Shown here: positions 8,803 through 19,816 of the stretch, piece by piece | Layout of the letters: every line of letters begins with the position of its first letter | Position numbering within the stretch: the stretch's first letter is position 1 | Translations under genes and position numbers: made by a program | The notes under the pieces: model-generated | The model's database searches: none | Told to the model about the DNA's origin: nothing | What the model saw: only the letters and a program-made list of their open reading frames with translations | Assembly (NCBI GenBank): GCA_903824595.1 | Contig: CAIJXH010000014.1 | Span: forward strand, 12,005-76,004 | Length of the DNA stretch: 64,000 bases | DNA from: an uncultured bacterium | Lineage (GTDB): Bacteria; Patescibacteriota; Minisyncoccia; Phycocordibacterales; UBA2100 | Direction of reading: 5' to 3'

Positions 8803-9945
8803 ATGAAGATCGTGCTCACAGGCGGAGGAAGTGGTGGACATTTTTATCCGTTGATTGCCGTGGTTGAGGCGATTGAAAAAATAACGCTTGAGAAAAAGCT
8901 CATCGAGCCTGTTTTTTACTATACGGGTCCTGCTCCGTTTGATCCGCCCGCGCTTGCCGAACACGACATAACCTACATACCTTCGTCTGCGGGTAAGTTG
9001 CGTCGCTATGTAAGCATACTCAACATAACGGATGTGTTTAGAACGGTGTTTGGAACAATGCGAGCGACCATACAGCTTTTCAATATATTTCCTGACGTTG
9101 TATTTTCGACAGGCGGCTTTGCGTCATTTCCAACCATGTATGCGGCGCGTCTTCTCGGTATTCCTATTGTGCTGTATGACGCTGATGCGGTACCGGGACG
9201 AGTGTCGCTTTGGTCAGCGCCGTTCGTAAAATGGATTGCTCTCGCTCACGCTGAAGCAGCGGCGGCATTCCCAGAAAAGACTCGTCAAAAGATTGCTCGA
9301 GTAGGGCATCCGATTCGTGCAGAGATTGAAATGCCAACAAAAGAGGGGGGGCATGAATTCTTGAAACTTTCCACCGATGTCCCGACTTTGTTTTTTATGG
9401 GCGGATCGCAAGGTGCGCGCGCACTCAACGAGACAATTTTGGATGCGCTTCCATCACTCGTTGAACGATACAACGTGATACATCAAACGGGTGCCGACAA
9501 CCTCACGGAAGTTTCCAATATCGCCCACGTCGTACTCAAAGATTCTCCTTACGCAGAGCGATATCGCGTGTTCGGGCTACTCAATACACTCGCGCTGCGC
9601 ATGGCAGCGGGTATAACTGATCTTGTTATCTCTCGCGCGGGAAGCGGTACCTTGTTTGAGATTGCATCATGGGGAATTCCAGCAATTCTGGTCCCTATAC
9701 CGCGCGACATCGCACACGACCAGACAGAAAATGCCTTTTCGTATGCACGACATGGCGCATGCATTGTTATAGAACAAGCAAATCTTGCGCCTCACGTTCT
9801 TGTGTCAGAAATCGATCGCATCATGAATGACGCTGCGCAGCTTCACACTATGCACACTGCCGCACGAGCATTCGCACGACCTGATGCCGCACGCACTATT
9901 GCACAAATTATTATTGATACGATACTTGAGCATACCACACCATGA
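8803..9945 (+). CDS. murG: Lipid II GlcNAc transferase
   Basis: GGGSGGH, GGSQGA, SRAGSG, HDQTENA. Confidence 0.92.
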   Translation: MKIVLTGGGSGGHFYPLIAVVEAIEKITLEKKLIEPVFYYTGPAPFDPPALAEHDITYIPSSAGKLRRYVSILNITDVFRTVFGTMRATIQLFNIFPDVVFSTGGFASFPTMYAARLLGIPIVLYDADAVPGRVSLWSAPFVKWIALAHAEAAAAFPEKTRQKIARVGHPIRAEIEMPTKEGGHEFLKLSTDVPTLFFMGGSQGARALNETILDALPSLVERYNVIHQTGADNLTEVSNIAHVVLKDSPYAERYRVFGLLNTLALRMAAGITDLVISRAGSGTLFEIASWGIPAILVPIPRDIAHDQTENAFSYARHGACIVIEQANLAPHVLVSEIDRIMNDAAQLHTMHTAARAFARPDAARTIAQIIIDTILEHTTP

Positions 9946-11285
9946 ACGTCGTAACGCGCATCGCACCGAGTCCTACGGGACGCATGCATATTGGTACCGT
10001 ACGTACCGCTTTGTTCAATTATTTATTTGCAAAAAAATACAACGGTTCATTCCTTATTCGCATTGAAGACACGGATCGCGAGCGAAGCAAACAAGAATGG
10101 ACCGATGCAATATGGGAAGATTTTGCGTGGTGTGGGATACAGCCAGATGCGACGTACGTACAATCGCAGCACCTTATTCGACATAGAGAATTGTTGAACG
10201 AGCTCGTGCGATCGGATCGCGCATACATCTCCGAAGAGCCTGCAAAAGACGATCCGTCACGATCAGTCGCCGTGGTACGACTCAGAAATCGCGGATCTAT
10301 CGTTTCGTTTGACGATCTCATACGCGGAACCGTCACGTTCGATACGACCGAACTTGGTGATTTTGTGATCGCGCGATCAATCGACGATCCGCTGTATCAC
10401 TTTGCGGTTGTCGTAGACGATCATGACGCCGGCGTGACGCATGTATTGCGCGCTGAAGAGCATATTTCCAACACGCCGCGACAAATTCTCATCATAGAGG
10501 CGCTCGGCTTTCCGCGCCCGCTCTACGGACACATGCCACTTATTCTTGCTCCCGATCGCTCAAAACTCTCTAAACGCAAACACGCAGCATCAATCGATGT
10601 ATATCGTACACAGGGTTTCTTGCCAGAGGCACTCATCAATTATCTTGCATTGCTTGGCTGGAACCCTGGTAGTGACCGTGAGTTTTTCACTCTTGATGAA
10701 CTTGCGGAAGCGTTCACTATTGAAAATGTCCAAAAAAGTGGCGCGGTGTTTGATAGAGAAAAACTGCGTTGGTACAACAGACATTATCTTCTCGCGAAGA
10801 CAAAAGAAGAATTTGATCGTGAAGCACTCGCGGTGTTGCGCGAATCGCTTGCGGGGAGGGTCGTGTGGGACGAATCGATCGGTTGCGCGCTCGTGCCGCT
10901 CATCAAAGAACGCATCAGCGTGTGGGACGATGTGCGTGTACAGGCTGCGGATGGTGAGTATGATTTTTTCTTTACCGACCCGATACTCGATACCACGAAA
11001 ATTGCAGGTAAGACAACGCCCGTTATCGCGAAAGAACATCTCGCGCATGTGCATGAAATTCTCTCTCAACGCCCTCATGAGCAACACGAGTCTCCGGAGA
11101 TGATCAAGCAACACATCTGGACATACGCGGAAGAAAAGGGAAGGGGAGCGGTACTGTGGCCATTTCGTTACGCGCTTTCTGGACGCGAACGCTCACCCGA
11201 CCCGTTCATTATCGCATCGATCATCGGCAGAGAGGCGACATTGAGAAGAATACATGCGGCGTGCATGCACCTTCATGCGCTATGA
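9942..11285 (+). CDS. gltX: Glutamate--tRNA ligase
   Basis: RIAPSPTG, HIGT, RIEDTD, KLSKR. Confidence 0.95.
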   Translation: MNVVTRIAPSPTGRMHIGTVRTALFNYLFAKKYNGSFLIRIEDTDRERSKQEWTDAIWEDFAWCGIQPDATYVQSQHLIRHRELLNELVRSDRAYISEEPAKDDPSRSVAVVRLRNRGSIVSFDDLIRGTVTFDTTELGDFVIARSIDDPLYHFAVVVDDHDAGVTHVLRAEEHISNTPRQILIIEALGFPRPLYGHMPLILAPDRSKLSKRKHAASIDVYRTQGFLPEALINYLALLGWNPGSDREFFTLDELAEAFTIENVQKSGAVFDREKLRWYNRHYLLAKTKEEFDREALAVLRESLAGRVVWDESIGCALVPLIKERISVWDDVRVQAADGEYDFFFTDPILDTTKIAGKTTPVIAKEHLAHVHEILSQRPHEQHESPEMIKQHIWTYAEEKGRGAVLWPFRYALSGRERSPDPFIIASIIGREATLRRIHAACMHLHAL

Positions 11286-12568
11286 ACACGTGCCGTGCGC
11301 CCATCGCGTATGTCGCGCTCCTGGTTATATTTTTTCCGTTGATAACGAATGCAGAAACTGCCGATGAAATTCAACAACAAATCAACGTCCATAATGCGGC
11401 TATAGAACAACTCAATAAAGATATCGCACTCTATCAATCGCAGCTCGATACAGTATCAAGCAAGAAGCAAACGTTACAAAATACGCTCGATCAAATAAGT
11501 CTTTCCCTCAAGCAAACAAGTGCGTCTATACATATCACCGAACAAAAAATACGCTCAACGCAACTCCAGATTCAACAACTACAAACAGGTATTGTCAATA
11601 AGCAAACATCAATAGCCGTAGGCGCGAGCGGCTTGGCTGAAAGTATGCGACGTATCAATGAATACGACGCCCAACCTTTGATTCTCTCACTCATGGCAGA
11701 TTCAAAAGATACTGCAGCGATGTGGGGCGAATTAGATCGTGCCGCATCATTACAGTCTGCGATTAGTGATCGTATGACGCAGCTTTCGCGGGAAAAGCGT
11801 TCGCTCGATGATACAAAAAAGAGCACGGAAGCGAAACGCGCAGAGCTCCTCACTCAGCAATCGACGCTACTCGCTCAACAAGGATCTCTCAAGGCGACAA
11901 AAAAAGCGCAGGATGATTTGCTTGCGGCGACAAAATCGCAAGAATCTACCTATCAAAAAATTCTTGCACAGAAAAAAGCGCAGGAATCTGATTTTGAACA
12001 AGCTCTTGGCGATTTGCAAACTAAACTCAAGTACGCAGTCGACCCTTCACAAGTTCCAGTCGGAGGATCGGGCGTGTTACATTGGCCACTCGATACAGTA
12101 CGCATCACGCAATATTTTGGCAATACGGCATTCGCGCTTTCTGGCGCATACAATGGAAAAGGGCATAACGGCATGGATTTTGCCGCCTCGATCGGGACGC
12201 CCATACACGCGGCGCTTGGCGGGGTTGTGCTTGGCACGGGCAATACCGATGCGGTACGCGGCTGTTACTCATTTGGCAGATGGGTACTCATGAAGCACGA
12301 CAACGGACTTGATACGATGTATGCGCACCTATCGCAAATCAACGTATCAGAAGGACAGACAGTACACACGGGCGACGTTCTCGGATTTAGCGGCGCAACA
12401 GGGTACGCAACGGGTCCGCACCTACATTTTGGCGTGTATCTCGCGGCGGCAACACAAATAATCAAACTTGGTTCGGCAACAAACAAATCAACACCATGCG
12501 CCAATGCAACAATGCCTGTTGCTCCGCTTGCGGGATATCTCAATCCGATTATGTATCTTCCAAAATAA
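11282..12568 (+). CDS. Coiled-coil M23 peptidase (murein hydrolase/activator)
   Basis: Signal/TM segment, long coiled coil, HNGMD, YAHLS, TGPHLHF. Confidence 0.88.
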   Translation: MNTCRAPIAYVALLVIFFPLITNAETADEIQQQINVHNAAIEQLNKDIALYQSQLDTVSSKKQTLQNTLDQISLSLKQTSASIHITEQKIRSTQLQIQQLQTGIVNKQTSIAVGASGLAESMRRINEYDAQPLILSLMADSKDTAAMWGELDRAASLQSAISDRMTQLSREKRSLDDTKKSTEAKRAELLTQQSTLLAQQGSLKATKKAQDDLLAATKSQESTYQKILAQKKAQESDFEQALGDLQTKLKYAVDPSQVPVGGSGVLHWPLDTVRITQYFGNTAFALSGAYNGKGHNGMDFAASIGTPIHAALGGVVLGTGNTDAVRGCYSFGRWVLMKHDNGLDTMYAHLSQINVSEGQTVHTGDVLGFSGATGYATGPHLHFGVYLAAATQIIKLGSATNKSTPCANATMPVAPLAGYLNPIMYLPK

Positions 12569-13214
12569 ATTTGTGCGGCTGCTTCCACTCGGTATGTCTC
12601 ATTGATTCGATTTCTATTTTTGATACGGAACGCAATGCGCGTACGTTTTTTGCAGGAACAACAGGGAAGTGACGAGACGCATCAAGAGCTTCGACGAGCC
12701 AATATAAATCATCGCGAGCACACACCCATTGATCGGGTGCATAGCGTGACAAGTCGAATGGTTTTGAGAATGTTCGAAGCGTCTTTTTTCCACTCTCGTT
12801 GAAATACTCATGAAAATATGATAGCGCGAGTTCACGTATCGAACGATACACAGGATCGCGGTATCGAAGAATTGCGTGGTTTGTTTTACTCACGGCTCCC
12901 CAGTATCCATGTATTTCAAATGGAGCCACAACATGATCCTCGTCGTCGTGTGTGGTTTGGAAATCAAGAAGTAACGGCGCCTTCCCGTGATAGGCAAACG
13001 CCGCTGCCGCTACAAGCGCACCCTCAAGACAGTGAGCCGTTTGTTCTGCAATTGTTCGACGTGGCGACATATACGTCTCACCGTGAATTTCAAAATTGAT
13101 TGGTAACGTATCGAGATAATCTTGAATCTTTTGCGGCGAATTGAGACGTGCAAACAGCGCACATTCAACGGTTGTACACACACGCTTCAATCGAGTACGG
13201 TAGGCTTCGCCCAT
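12549..13214 (-). CDS. Conserved hypothetical protein, transglutaminase-like Cys-His candidate
   Basis: AHCLEGA...DEDHVV; start 7 nt after TATAAT. Confidence 0.6.
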   Translation of the reverse strand: MGEAYRTRLKRVCTTVECALFARLNSPQKIQDYLDTLPINFEIHGETYMSPRRTIAEQTAHCLEGALVAAAAFAYHGKAPLLLDFQTTHDDEDHVVAPFEIHGYWGAVSKTNHAILRYRDPVYRSIRELALSYFHEYFNESGKKTLRTFSKPFDLSRYAPDQWVCARDDLYWLVEALDASRHFPVVPAKNVRALRSVSKIEIESMRHTEWKQPHKFILEDT

Positions 13215-13248
13215 AGCGCGAATTATACCTGCCACACTCACAACCTGC

Positions 13249-13276
13249 ATGTCGCAAAAGGTATATTGTGCGACGC
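13249..13276. other. Candidate dif / Xer-type recombination site
   Basis: ATGTCGCAAAA-GGTATA-TTGTGCGACGC; 11-6-11 layout, intergenic, resembles E. coli dif. Confidence 0.45.
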
Positions 13277-13325
13277 TAGGAATGAAAATAAGAATGGCAT
13301 GATGCTGAACAAACCGCATCACCCG

Positions 13326-13925
13326 TTATATCCCCCACGGGATTTCAAACTGCGAAAATTCCGGCAGAAGTTTGCGATCATATAAAAGGCGCGAGATGAC
13401 TTCGGCATGTGAAAGAGCGCCAGTAAGCGCGTTGTGCGGCTCGGGCTCGCTAGGAATGCCGCAGTAGTTGAGTACCGCATCAAGATTGAGTGCACTTCGA
13501 CGATGCTTTGGATCAATGGGCGGCTGCATCCCCCGCTTGACCATGTGCATATAGCAAAGCGTGTGCGTATCAATAGTGCGATGTGCAAAAGGCCAATCGG
13601 TGTGTCCTGCGCGTTCCGCGGCAGCGCGTAGAAAATCGCGGTCGAACGAGACGTTTTGCCCGGCAAATGTACGTTCCTGCAACCCGTCGCTCCAACGCAA
13701 AAAAGCACGCACCAGATCGGCTTCGGACTGCTTGTTCTTGCTGATGATCTCTTCCCTTTTGAATCCGCACACCGCGAGTGCCTCATCGGAAATGTGTGCA
13801 CCGTCCCACACACGACATTCTTCATAGAAACGATTTGTAGGATTTGCAAAATCAAGCGCCCCCACACTCACGATGGAGTGTTTCTCCGCGCTTGTCCCAG
13901 AAGCTTCTACGTCGACAACGAGCAT
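13326..13925 (-). CDS. DEDDh 3'-5' exonuclease
   Basis: VDVEASG, NVSFDRDF, IDTH, HNALTGA. Confidence 0.82.
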   Translation of the reverse strand: MLVVDVEASGTSAEKHSIVSVGALDFANPTNRFYEECRVWDGAHISDEALAVCGFKREEIISKNKQSEADLVRAFLRWSDGLQERTFAGQNVSFDRDFLRAAAERAGHTDWPFAHRTIDTHTLCYMHMVKRGMQPPIDPKHRRSALNLDAVLNYCGIPSEPEPHNALTGALSHAEVISRLLYDRKLLPEFSQFEIPWGI

Positions 13926-13945
13926 GTCAGTATTCTACACGCGAT

Positions 13946-14314
13946 TTACTCGCTTCCCAAGCCTTTGCAATTTTTTGCTGGACGGTACCCCGCGGTTTGT
14001 GCCGCTCCCTCAGACGCAAACCAGCGTTGATTTTGCGGTGTGATTTTTGCAGCACCTGCGCACCATGGATAGTAGTATGTCGACCCAGAGCGAGCAGCTA
14101 CCAATTGACCTCCCATGGGTATACCGGGTATATGAGCAGGGATACTGGCGTCAATTATGTTCACGGGAGACGTTACTGTCTCTGTAAACGAAAGCCTGCC
14201 CAGTCCGAATGACACAAGCGCAACACAGAGGACGATAAGTGCTATTCCCCACTCGACAAACACATCTTCTGCGAGGTTCTTGATTTTGAGACGCCATTCA
14301 GCTATACTCCCCAT
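13946..14314 (-). CDS. Membrane-anchored protein with Ada-like metal-binding motif
   Basis: TM helix; 'YYYPWC...[19 protein letters not shown]'. Confidence 0.65.
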   Translation of the reverse strand: MGSIAEWRLKIKNLAEDVFVEWGIALIVLCVALVSFGLGRLSFTETVTSPVNIIDASIPAHIPGIPMGGQLVAARSGSTYYYPWCAGAAKITPQNQRWFASEGAAQTAGYRPAKNCKGLGSE

Positions 14315-14323
14315 CACACCATT

Positions 14324-14602
14324 ATGGCACATACAAAAGCAGGCGGAACAGCGCGAAACCTGAATGACTCAAACCCGAAATACCTCGGCGTAAAGCGTGC
14401 TGACGGGCAAAAAGTGAGTATCGGTGAGATTATTGTACGCCAGCGCGGTACCGTCATTATGCCTGGAAAAAACATCGGTATGGGCAAAGATCACACCCTT
14501 TTTGCGGAAATTGCAGGCACGGTGAAGTTTCGTACTACTCGCAAAACAAATTTCAACGGACGCAAGCGAGTAAGCCCTATCGTTGACGTACGTGCCGCCT
14601 AA
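14324..14602 (+). CDS. rpmA: 50S ribosomal protein L27
   Basis: [28 protein letters not shown]. Confidence 0.96.
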   Translation: MAHTKAGGTARNLNDSNPKYLGVKRADGQKVSIGEIIVRQRGTVIMPGKNIGMGKDHTLFAEIAGTVKFRTTRKTNFNGRKRVSPIVDVRAA

Positions 14603-15042
14603 AGCGCTTGCACAACAAGCGTGAATTCTGTCCGCACAGATGCATGCGTGACAGGTATCGTGTAGTCACCCACGGTTTTGATTGGATGCTCGAGTGAGAT
14701 TGATTCGAGAGGAATCGTGGTGTGTGTTTCCGTTTGTATCACATGCGCAATCTCTTTTGCGCCAATAGATTTGAACAACCCGCCTTTTTCTGTAGCCTTC
14801 ACGCGCAGTACGATGCGCACGCCGTGAACACTCTTGATGCGCGCCACGAGCGCCTCTTCTGCCGCCCTGTGTTCAGAAGCAACGCGAGCGCGCACTTCCT
14901 CGTGTTTCTTGATTTTCTCCAACGTCGCCTGTTCTGCCGCGCCGCGCGGAATAAGTGCATTGAAAGCATATCCGTCGGCAACCTCTTTTATGTCGCCAAT
15001 TCTACCCACACCTCGAACATCTTTGAGAAATATTACTTTCAT
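14599..15042 (-). CDS. rplI: 50S ribosomal protein L9
   Basis: [11 protein letters not shown]....VADGYA.N.LIP, PIKTVG. Confidence 0.95.
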   Translation of the reverse strand: MKVIFLKDVRGVGRIGDIKEVADGYAFNALIPRGAAEQATLEKIKKHEEVRARVASEHRAAEEALVARIKSVHGVRIVLRVKATEKGGLFKSIGAKEIAHVIQTETHTTIPLESISLEHPIKTVGDYTIPVTHASVRTEFTLVVQAL

Positions 15043-15049
15043 GCGCTTA

Positions 15050-16312
15050 TTAGTGTTTTTGAGTGAGGAGTATGCTCACGGCTTTGTCCATTTGAGGATC
15101 TTCGCCTTTTTTGAGCGTGTCGGGCACAAGCACTTCTGTGTCTGGCTTGATACCTTCGAGCGGAATATGTGTACCATCTGGTCCCAGCCATCGCGCGACG
15201 GTTATCTTGAGCGATGTATCTGAAGTGATGGGCACAAGCTCTTGCACGCACCCCTTGCCAAACGTGTTGGTGCCTACCAGTGTTGCTTTGTTCCAATAAC
15301 GCAACGCCTCCGAGAGGATTTCAGATGCAGACGCAGAGCCTCGATCAACAAGTATCACCATGCGGAGATTGTCATTGAATACGTCGTAACCGAACGAGCG
15401 ATGCACTACATTTGCTTCGTGTCCTGCATAATCTTCCGTTACAACAATCTTGCCGAGAGGAAGAAACCAGCTCGCTATTTGTACCGCCGCATCCAAGTAT
15501 CCTCCGGGATTGCCGCGCAAGTCGAGTATGAGACGAGTGTCACCTGATGCGATAAATTCACGAAGTGCACCACGAAAGAGCTCACCTGAATTTGCCGTGA
15601 AGCTTTGTATTCGTATCACAAATACGCCATCTTTGCGCGCCGTGGTGGTGACGATCGGGATGTTTATGATGTCGCGAGTCACTTTGATGTCACGCGCCTT
15701 ATCCCACCCCTCACGGAGAATCTTGAGAGTGACGATCGTATCTTTTGGACCTCGGATACGCTTCACCGCACTGGTAACATCCATGCCATGCGTATTGGTA
15801 CCATCTATAGAAAGAATAGCATCTCCAGCCCTGATGCCCGCTTGTTCGGAAGGGGTTCCTTTGAGTGGCGAGACGACGACTAATTGATTGTTCTTAATGG
15901 CAACCTCCATTCCCACACCTTCAAATGCTCCACTCATGTCATCAGAAAATTGTTTGCTCTCGACTGGCGGCATGAAGAACGTGTACGGATCACCCAAGGA
16001 ATCTGCCATTCCCGCAATCATGCCCCACACGCGCCGCTGATTTGCTTCAGCGGTAGTCGATGCGACGGGCGTCGTGCTGGCAACCGCCGCAGGAACAAAC
16101 TTTTCATCTATTTCGTGCCACGCTTTCCACACAGGATCAAAATCTACCCCTGCCGGCACCGTGTGTTCGTACCCAAGACTGGTCGGATAATATGATGCGC
16201 ATATATATCCTCCAACAAATCCAGCACCAAGACAGATGAATAAGATTGCCACGATCCATCGCCACGCCAGCGGTGATTTGAATGGAATTCCTCGCGTTTC
16301 AATAGAAAGCAT
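15050..16312 (-). CDS. S41 carboxy-terminal processing protease with PDZ domain
   Basis: [22 protein letters not shown]. Confidence 0.9.
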   Translation of the reverse strand: MLSIETRGIPFKSPLAWRWIVAILFICLGAGFVGGYICASYYPTSLGYEHTVPAGVDFDPVWKAWHEIDEKFVPAAVASTTPVASTTAEANQRRVWGMIAGMADSLGDPYTFFMPPVESKQFSDDMSGAFEGVGMEVAIKNNQLVVVSPLKGTPSEQAGIRAGDAILSIDGTNTHGMDVTSAVKRIRGPKDTIVTLKILREGWDKARDIKVTRDIINIPIVTTTARKDGVFVIRIQSFTANSGELFRGALREFIASGDTRLILDLRGNPGGYLDAAVQIASWFLPLGKIVVTEDYAGHEANVVHRSFGYDVFNDNLRMVILVDRGSASASEILSEALRYWNKATLVGTNTFGKGCVQELVPITSDTSLKITVARWLGPDGTHIPLEGIKPDTEVLVPDTLKKGEDPQMDKAVSILLTQKH

Positions 16313-16363
16313 CGGCACATTATCGCACATATGCACGCACGTTGCCAAACGAACGGTTCACTA

Positions 16364-17008
16364 TCACTCTGCAGCGATAGTATCCCACAGTTTCTTGGTA
16401 TCTTTATTCTGCCGCCATAGATCTAAAACCCTTGCGCGAATTCCCTGGTGCTGCGGATACCCATAATCAATAACTCCTTCGGGCATGAGGTCTTTGCATT
16501 CTACGTTGAGTAGCACTGTCAGCGATTCTTTCAAGTCGTTATACTTTTGTTTACCGAGTCTGGTCTCTTCTTCCGGTCCAAAACTGTACCATGTGTAGAA
16601 GTGCCACAATTCGTGCATTGCCGTCATTTTAGGATATTGAGACCGCACCGAGACCATGAAGAAGTTTTGTTCTAAATTATATGGACAACTGTCATTGATT
16701 GTGAGACATGCGGCAATATCGCAGGGTAACGATACACCAAAGATTGCTTCAGCTCGTCGTATGTATTCATCCGCGATAGCATCCCACGCGGCTTGATATG
16801 CAGACACGTTCGTTTGTATATTAAGTTGATTTTCTACGAGATATGAATCAATAAATGTGGACAATTCTTCCTTCGTTGGGCTTTCACTGCTCCGGGCAAC
16901 TACTGATTGCCATGTCTGTGTCGGGCGAGCATCGTTATTTGATCCCTTCCCCCAATGCGTCAAAGTCCATATATCTCGTTCCTTATTATATTGAAAAGTG
17001 ACTTTCAT
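16364..17008 (-). CDS. Hypothetical protein with HExxH zinc-metallopeptidase motif
   Basis: MHELWH...LKESL. Confidence 0.6.
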   Translation of the reverse strand: MKVTFQYNKERDIWTLTHWGKGSNNDARPTQTWQSVVARSSESPTKEELSTFIDSYLVENQLNIQTNVSAYQAAWDAIADEYIRRAEAIFGVSLPCDIAACLTINDSCPYNLEQNFFMVSVRSQYPKMTAMHELWHFYTWYSFGPEEETRLGKQKYNDLKESLTVLLNVECKDLMPEGVIDYGYPQHQGIRARVLDLWRQNKDTKKLWDTIAAE

Positions 17009-17081
17009 AATCTCCCACACTATACAATAAAAAGAACGATGCGTCGGAGACGAGCGTTTTGGATGCGGTATACTGTCCTGT

Positions 17082-17993
17082 ATGCTTGTCCGTCGTCAAC
17101 ATGGTGCAGTCACATGGATTGATCTTGAATCGCCAAATCATGCGGAAGTACGCAAAGTTGCTTCTGAATTTCACATAGACCCTTCCATAGCCAATGAACT
17201 CATGCTTCCTTCAATCAAAGCCCGTGCCGAGCTGCACCCTTCTTACGTGTATGCCATATTTCACTTCCCTGCCCTGCGACATACGCACACGTCGATTGCG
17301 CAGGAAATAGACTTTGTGGTAGGTAATCAATTTCTGATAACAACTCACTACGACACCATAGATCCATTGCATACATTTTCGAAGTCGCTCGAGGTGCAAG
17401 CAGCGTTGCACAAAAGCGGCGAGACAATGCATGGCGGACACATCTTCTTCGCGCTAATGGAGAAATTGTATCGATCTGTAGAACACGAAATCGACGCAGT
17501 ACGTCAAGATTTGCGTTCAATCGAAGAAAATATATTTTCTGGATATGAAGTACCCATGGTGGCGGCAATTTCGCGAAGCGCTCGAAGTCTGCTCAATCTG
17601 CGGCAAACAATAGAGCCGCATCGCGAGATGTTGCGCACTCTGGAAGAAGAATCACACGCCTTGTTCGGTCAAGAATTTACTCCCTATGCAAGAACGCTCT
17701 CCAGTGAATATTATCGCGTGCACAATCATGTTATGCGCCACACTGATACACTACACGAACTTCGTGAGACCAATAACTCCCTCCTCACGACCAAACAAAG
17801 TCATATCATGAAGACGTTTACCGTGCTTGCGTTTTTCACACTTCCGCTTTCACTTATCGCGTCCATATTCAGTATGAATACTCACAGCACGCCAATCGTC
17901 GGTGGTGAACACGATTTTTTGATCATTGTAATTGCTATGACCGTGGTTACCGGGCTCATGATCTGGTATTTTAGACGTAAAAAATGGCTCTGA
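17082..17993 (+). CDS. corA: CorA-family Mg/Co transporter
   Basis: WIDL, two C-terminal TM helices, SMN variant of GMN. Confidence 0.82.
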   Translation: MLVRRQHGAVTWIDLESPNHAEVRKVASEFHIDPSIANELMLPSIKARAELHPSYVYAIFHFPALRHTHTSIAQEIDFVVGNQFLITTHYDTIDPLHTFSKSLEVQAALHKSGETMHGGHIFFALMEKLYRSVEHEIDAVRQDLRSIEENIFSGYEVPMVAAISRSARSLLNLRQTIEPHREMLRTLEEESHALFGQEFTPYARTLSSEYYRVHNHVMRHTDTLHELRETNNSLLTTKQSHIMKTFTVLAFFTLPLSLIASIFSMNTHSTPIVGGEHDFLIIVIAMTVVTGLMIWYFRRKKWL

Positions 17994-19498
17994 AGCATAT
18001 GAATCTCTCGCGTATTTTCTCATGGTTTCGCACACAACCACGTTGTCCGATTTTCCTCTATAACACGCAAGGAGCTTCGCTTCAGGAATTTGTGCAACCC
18101 GCGTACGCTCATACGGTGCGTATGTACAACTGCGGTCCTACGGTGTATGGCACGCAGCATATTGGAAACCTCTCCATGTTCGTCTTTGCCGACATTCTTC
18201 GTCGCATGCTCGAGTATAACGGACATCCCGTGAAGCAAGTTATCAACATAACTGATTTCGGACATCTATCTGGAGATAACGCAAGTGACGCTGATCACGG
18301 AGAAGATCGCATGATGAAGGGACTAAAACGCGACGGATACGCGATTACTATGGAAAATGTACGCGTGATGGCGGAAACATACACGACCATCTTTCTTGAT
18401 GACCTTTCAACACTCAACATCGACACGAGCCGCATCACATTTCCGCGCGCAAGCGAATACATTCCTGCTCAAATAGCCATGATCCAAACGCTTGAAGAAA
18501 AAGGATACGCATATCGTGCCGATGACGGTATGTATTTTGACACATCGCGTTTTTCTGGATACGGATCGTTGGGTGATCAACACCTCGATGGCAACAAAGG
18601 AGGTGCGCGTGTCGCCGTCGTGGGAGGAAAACGTAATCCGAGTGATTTTGCTTTGTGGAAAAACTCAGAAGACGACGCGCTCGGATGGAATTCGCCATGG
18701 GGACGTGGATTTCCTGGGTGGCACATTGAATGTTCTGCTATGATTCGCAAAACACTTGGTGAGCAGATCGATATCCATACGGGAGGCATCGAACATATTG
18801 CCATTCATCACAACAACGAGATTGCGCAGTCGGAAGCATGCACGGGCAAGAAACCCTTCTGTCGTTTTTGGCTGCACCGCGCACATCTTCAACTCGAAGG
18901 CGCAAAATTTGCGAAGTCAGAAGGACGCGTAATCTTCCTCGCGGATATACTTCGTCGCGGCTACCATCCGTTCGCCTTTCGTTATTTTCTCCTTATGTCG
19001 CATTATCGAGCGCCATCTAATTTTACATGGGAGGCACTGGATGCAGCCCAGACTGCGTTTTTGCGACTGCGACGTATCGTAGATTCTATTTCGGAAAAAG
19101 AAACCGTTGCACCAGAACGTTATAGAAGGAAGTGGCACGAACGCATCAACGATGATCTCGATACACCGGGCGCTCTGGCAGTTGTGTGGGACATGCTCAA
19201 GGAAACCACACTCACCCCCGCTGAAATCAAAGCAGGAATTATTGATATTGATCGAGTGTTTGGTATTGGCTTGAGTGAAGCTGATTCTCTGGCTGCGGAA
19301 TTATGCATGCGCGAATGGGGAAAACCTGTGTCGCTAGACATGCTTACCGAGCGCGCGCGATCACTGTTTGATGCTCGAGTCGCAGCTCGAGCGCATAAAG
19401 ACTGGAAAACGGCAGATACGTTGCGCAAAGAACTCGAACAGTTTGGATATATTCTGGAAGACAGCGCAGACGATACTCGCGTGTTCAAGAAATCTTAG
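17984..19498 (+). CDS. cysS: Cysteine--tRNA ligase
   Basis: CGPTVY, HIGN, PGWHIECS, HHNNEIAQ; KMSKS replaced by KFAKS. Confidence 0.95.
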   Translation: MALKHMNLSRIFSWFRTQPRCPIFLYNTQGASLQEFVQPAYAHTVRMYNCGPTVYGTQHIGNLSMFVFADILRRMLEYNGHPVKQVINITDFGHLSGDNASDADHGEDRMMKGLKRDGYAITMENVRVMAETYTTIFLDDLSTLNIDTSRITFPRASEYIPAQIAMIQTLEEKGYAYRADDGMYFDTSRFSGYGSLGDQHLDGNKGGARVAVVGGKRNPSDFALWKNSEDDALGWNSPWGRGFPGWHIECSAMIRKTLGEQIDIHTGGIEHIAIHHNNEIAQSEACTGKKPFCRFWLHRAHLQLEGAKFAKSEGRVIFLADILRRGYHPFAFRYFLLMSHYRAPSNFTWEALDAAQTAFLRLRRIVDSISEKETVAPERYRRKWHERINDDLDTPGALAVVWDMLKETTLTPAEIKAGIIDIDRVFGIGLSEADSLAAELCMREWGKPVSLDMLTERARSLFDARVAARAHKDWKTADTLRKELEQFGYILEDSADDTRVFKKS

Positions 19499-19530
19499 AA
19501 AACAAGCGGGAGCAACTCGTCGAAAAAACT

Positions 19531-19770
19531 CTACGCCGCAAGCATGTCTGCGATGCGTTCCTGATCAAATCCCACAACAAGCTGATTGTCGATGACAATC
19601 ACCGGCACTCCCATTTGTCCGCTTTTTTCAAGCATCTCTTTGCGCTTTTCGAGGTCTGCCGCGACATTGTAATCAGTGAATGCAATGCCCTGTTCAGTGA
19701 AATAGTCCTTCGCCAAATGGCAGAAATGGCACGTTGGTGTCGAATATATGGTTACGTGTTTTGTGGTCAT
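19531..19770 (-). CDS. Glutaredoxin-like (NrdH/YruB type)
   Basis: CHFC, GQMGVPV, VGFD. Confidence 0.88.
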   Translation of the reverse strand: MTTKHVTIYSTPTCHFCHLAKDYFTEQGIAFTDYNVAADLEKRKEMLEKSGQMGVPVIVIDNQLVVGFDQERIADMLAA

Positions 19771-19816
19771 AGATGTATAGTATTAAAAGATATTCAATGA
19801 GTATATCGTATCGATG

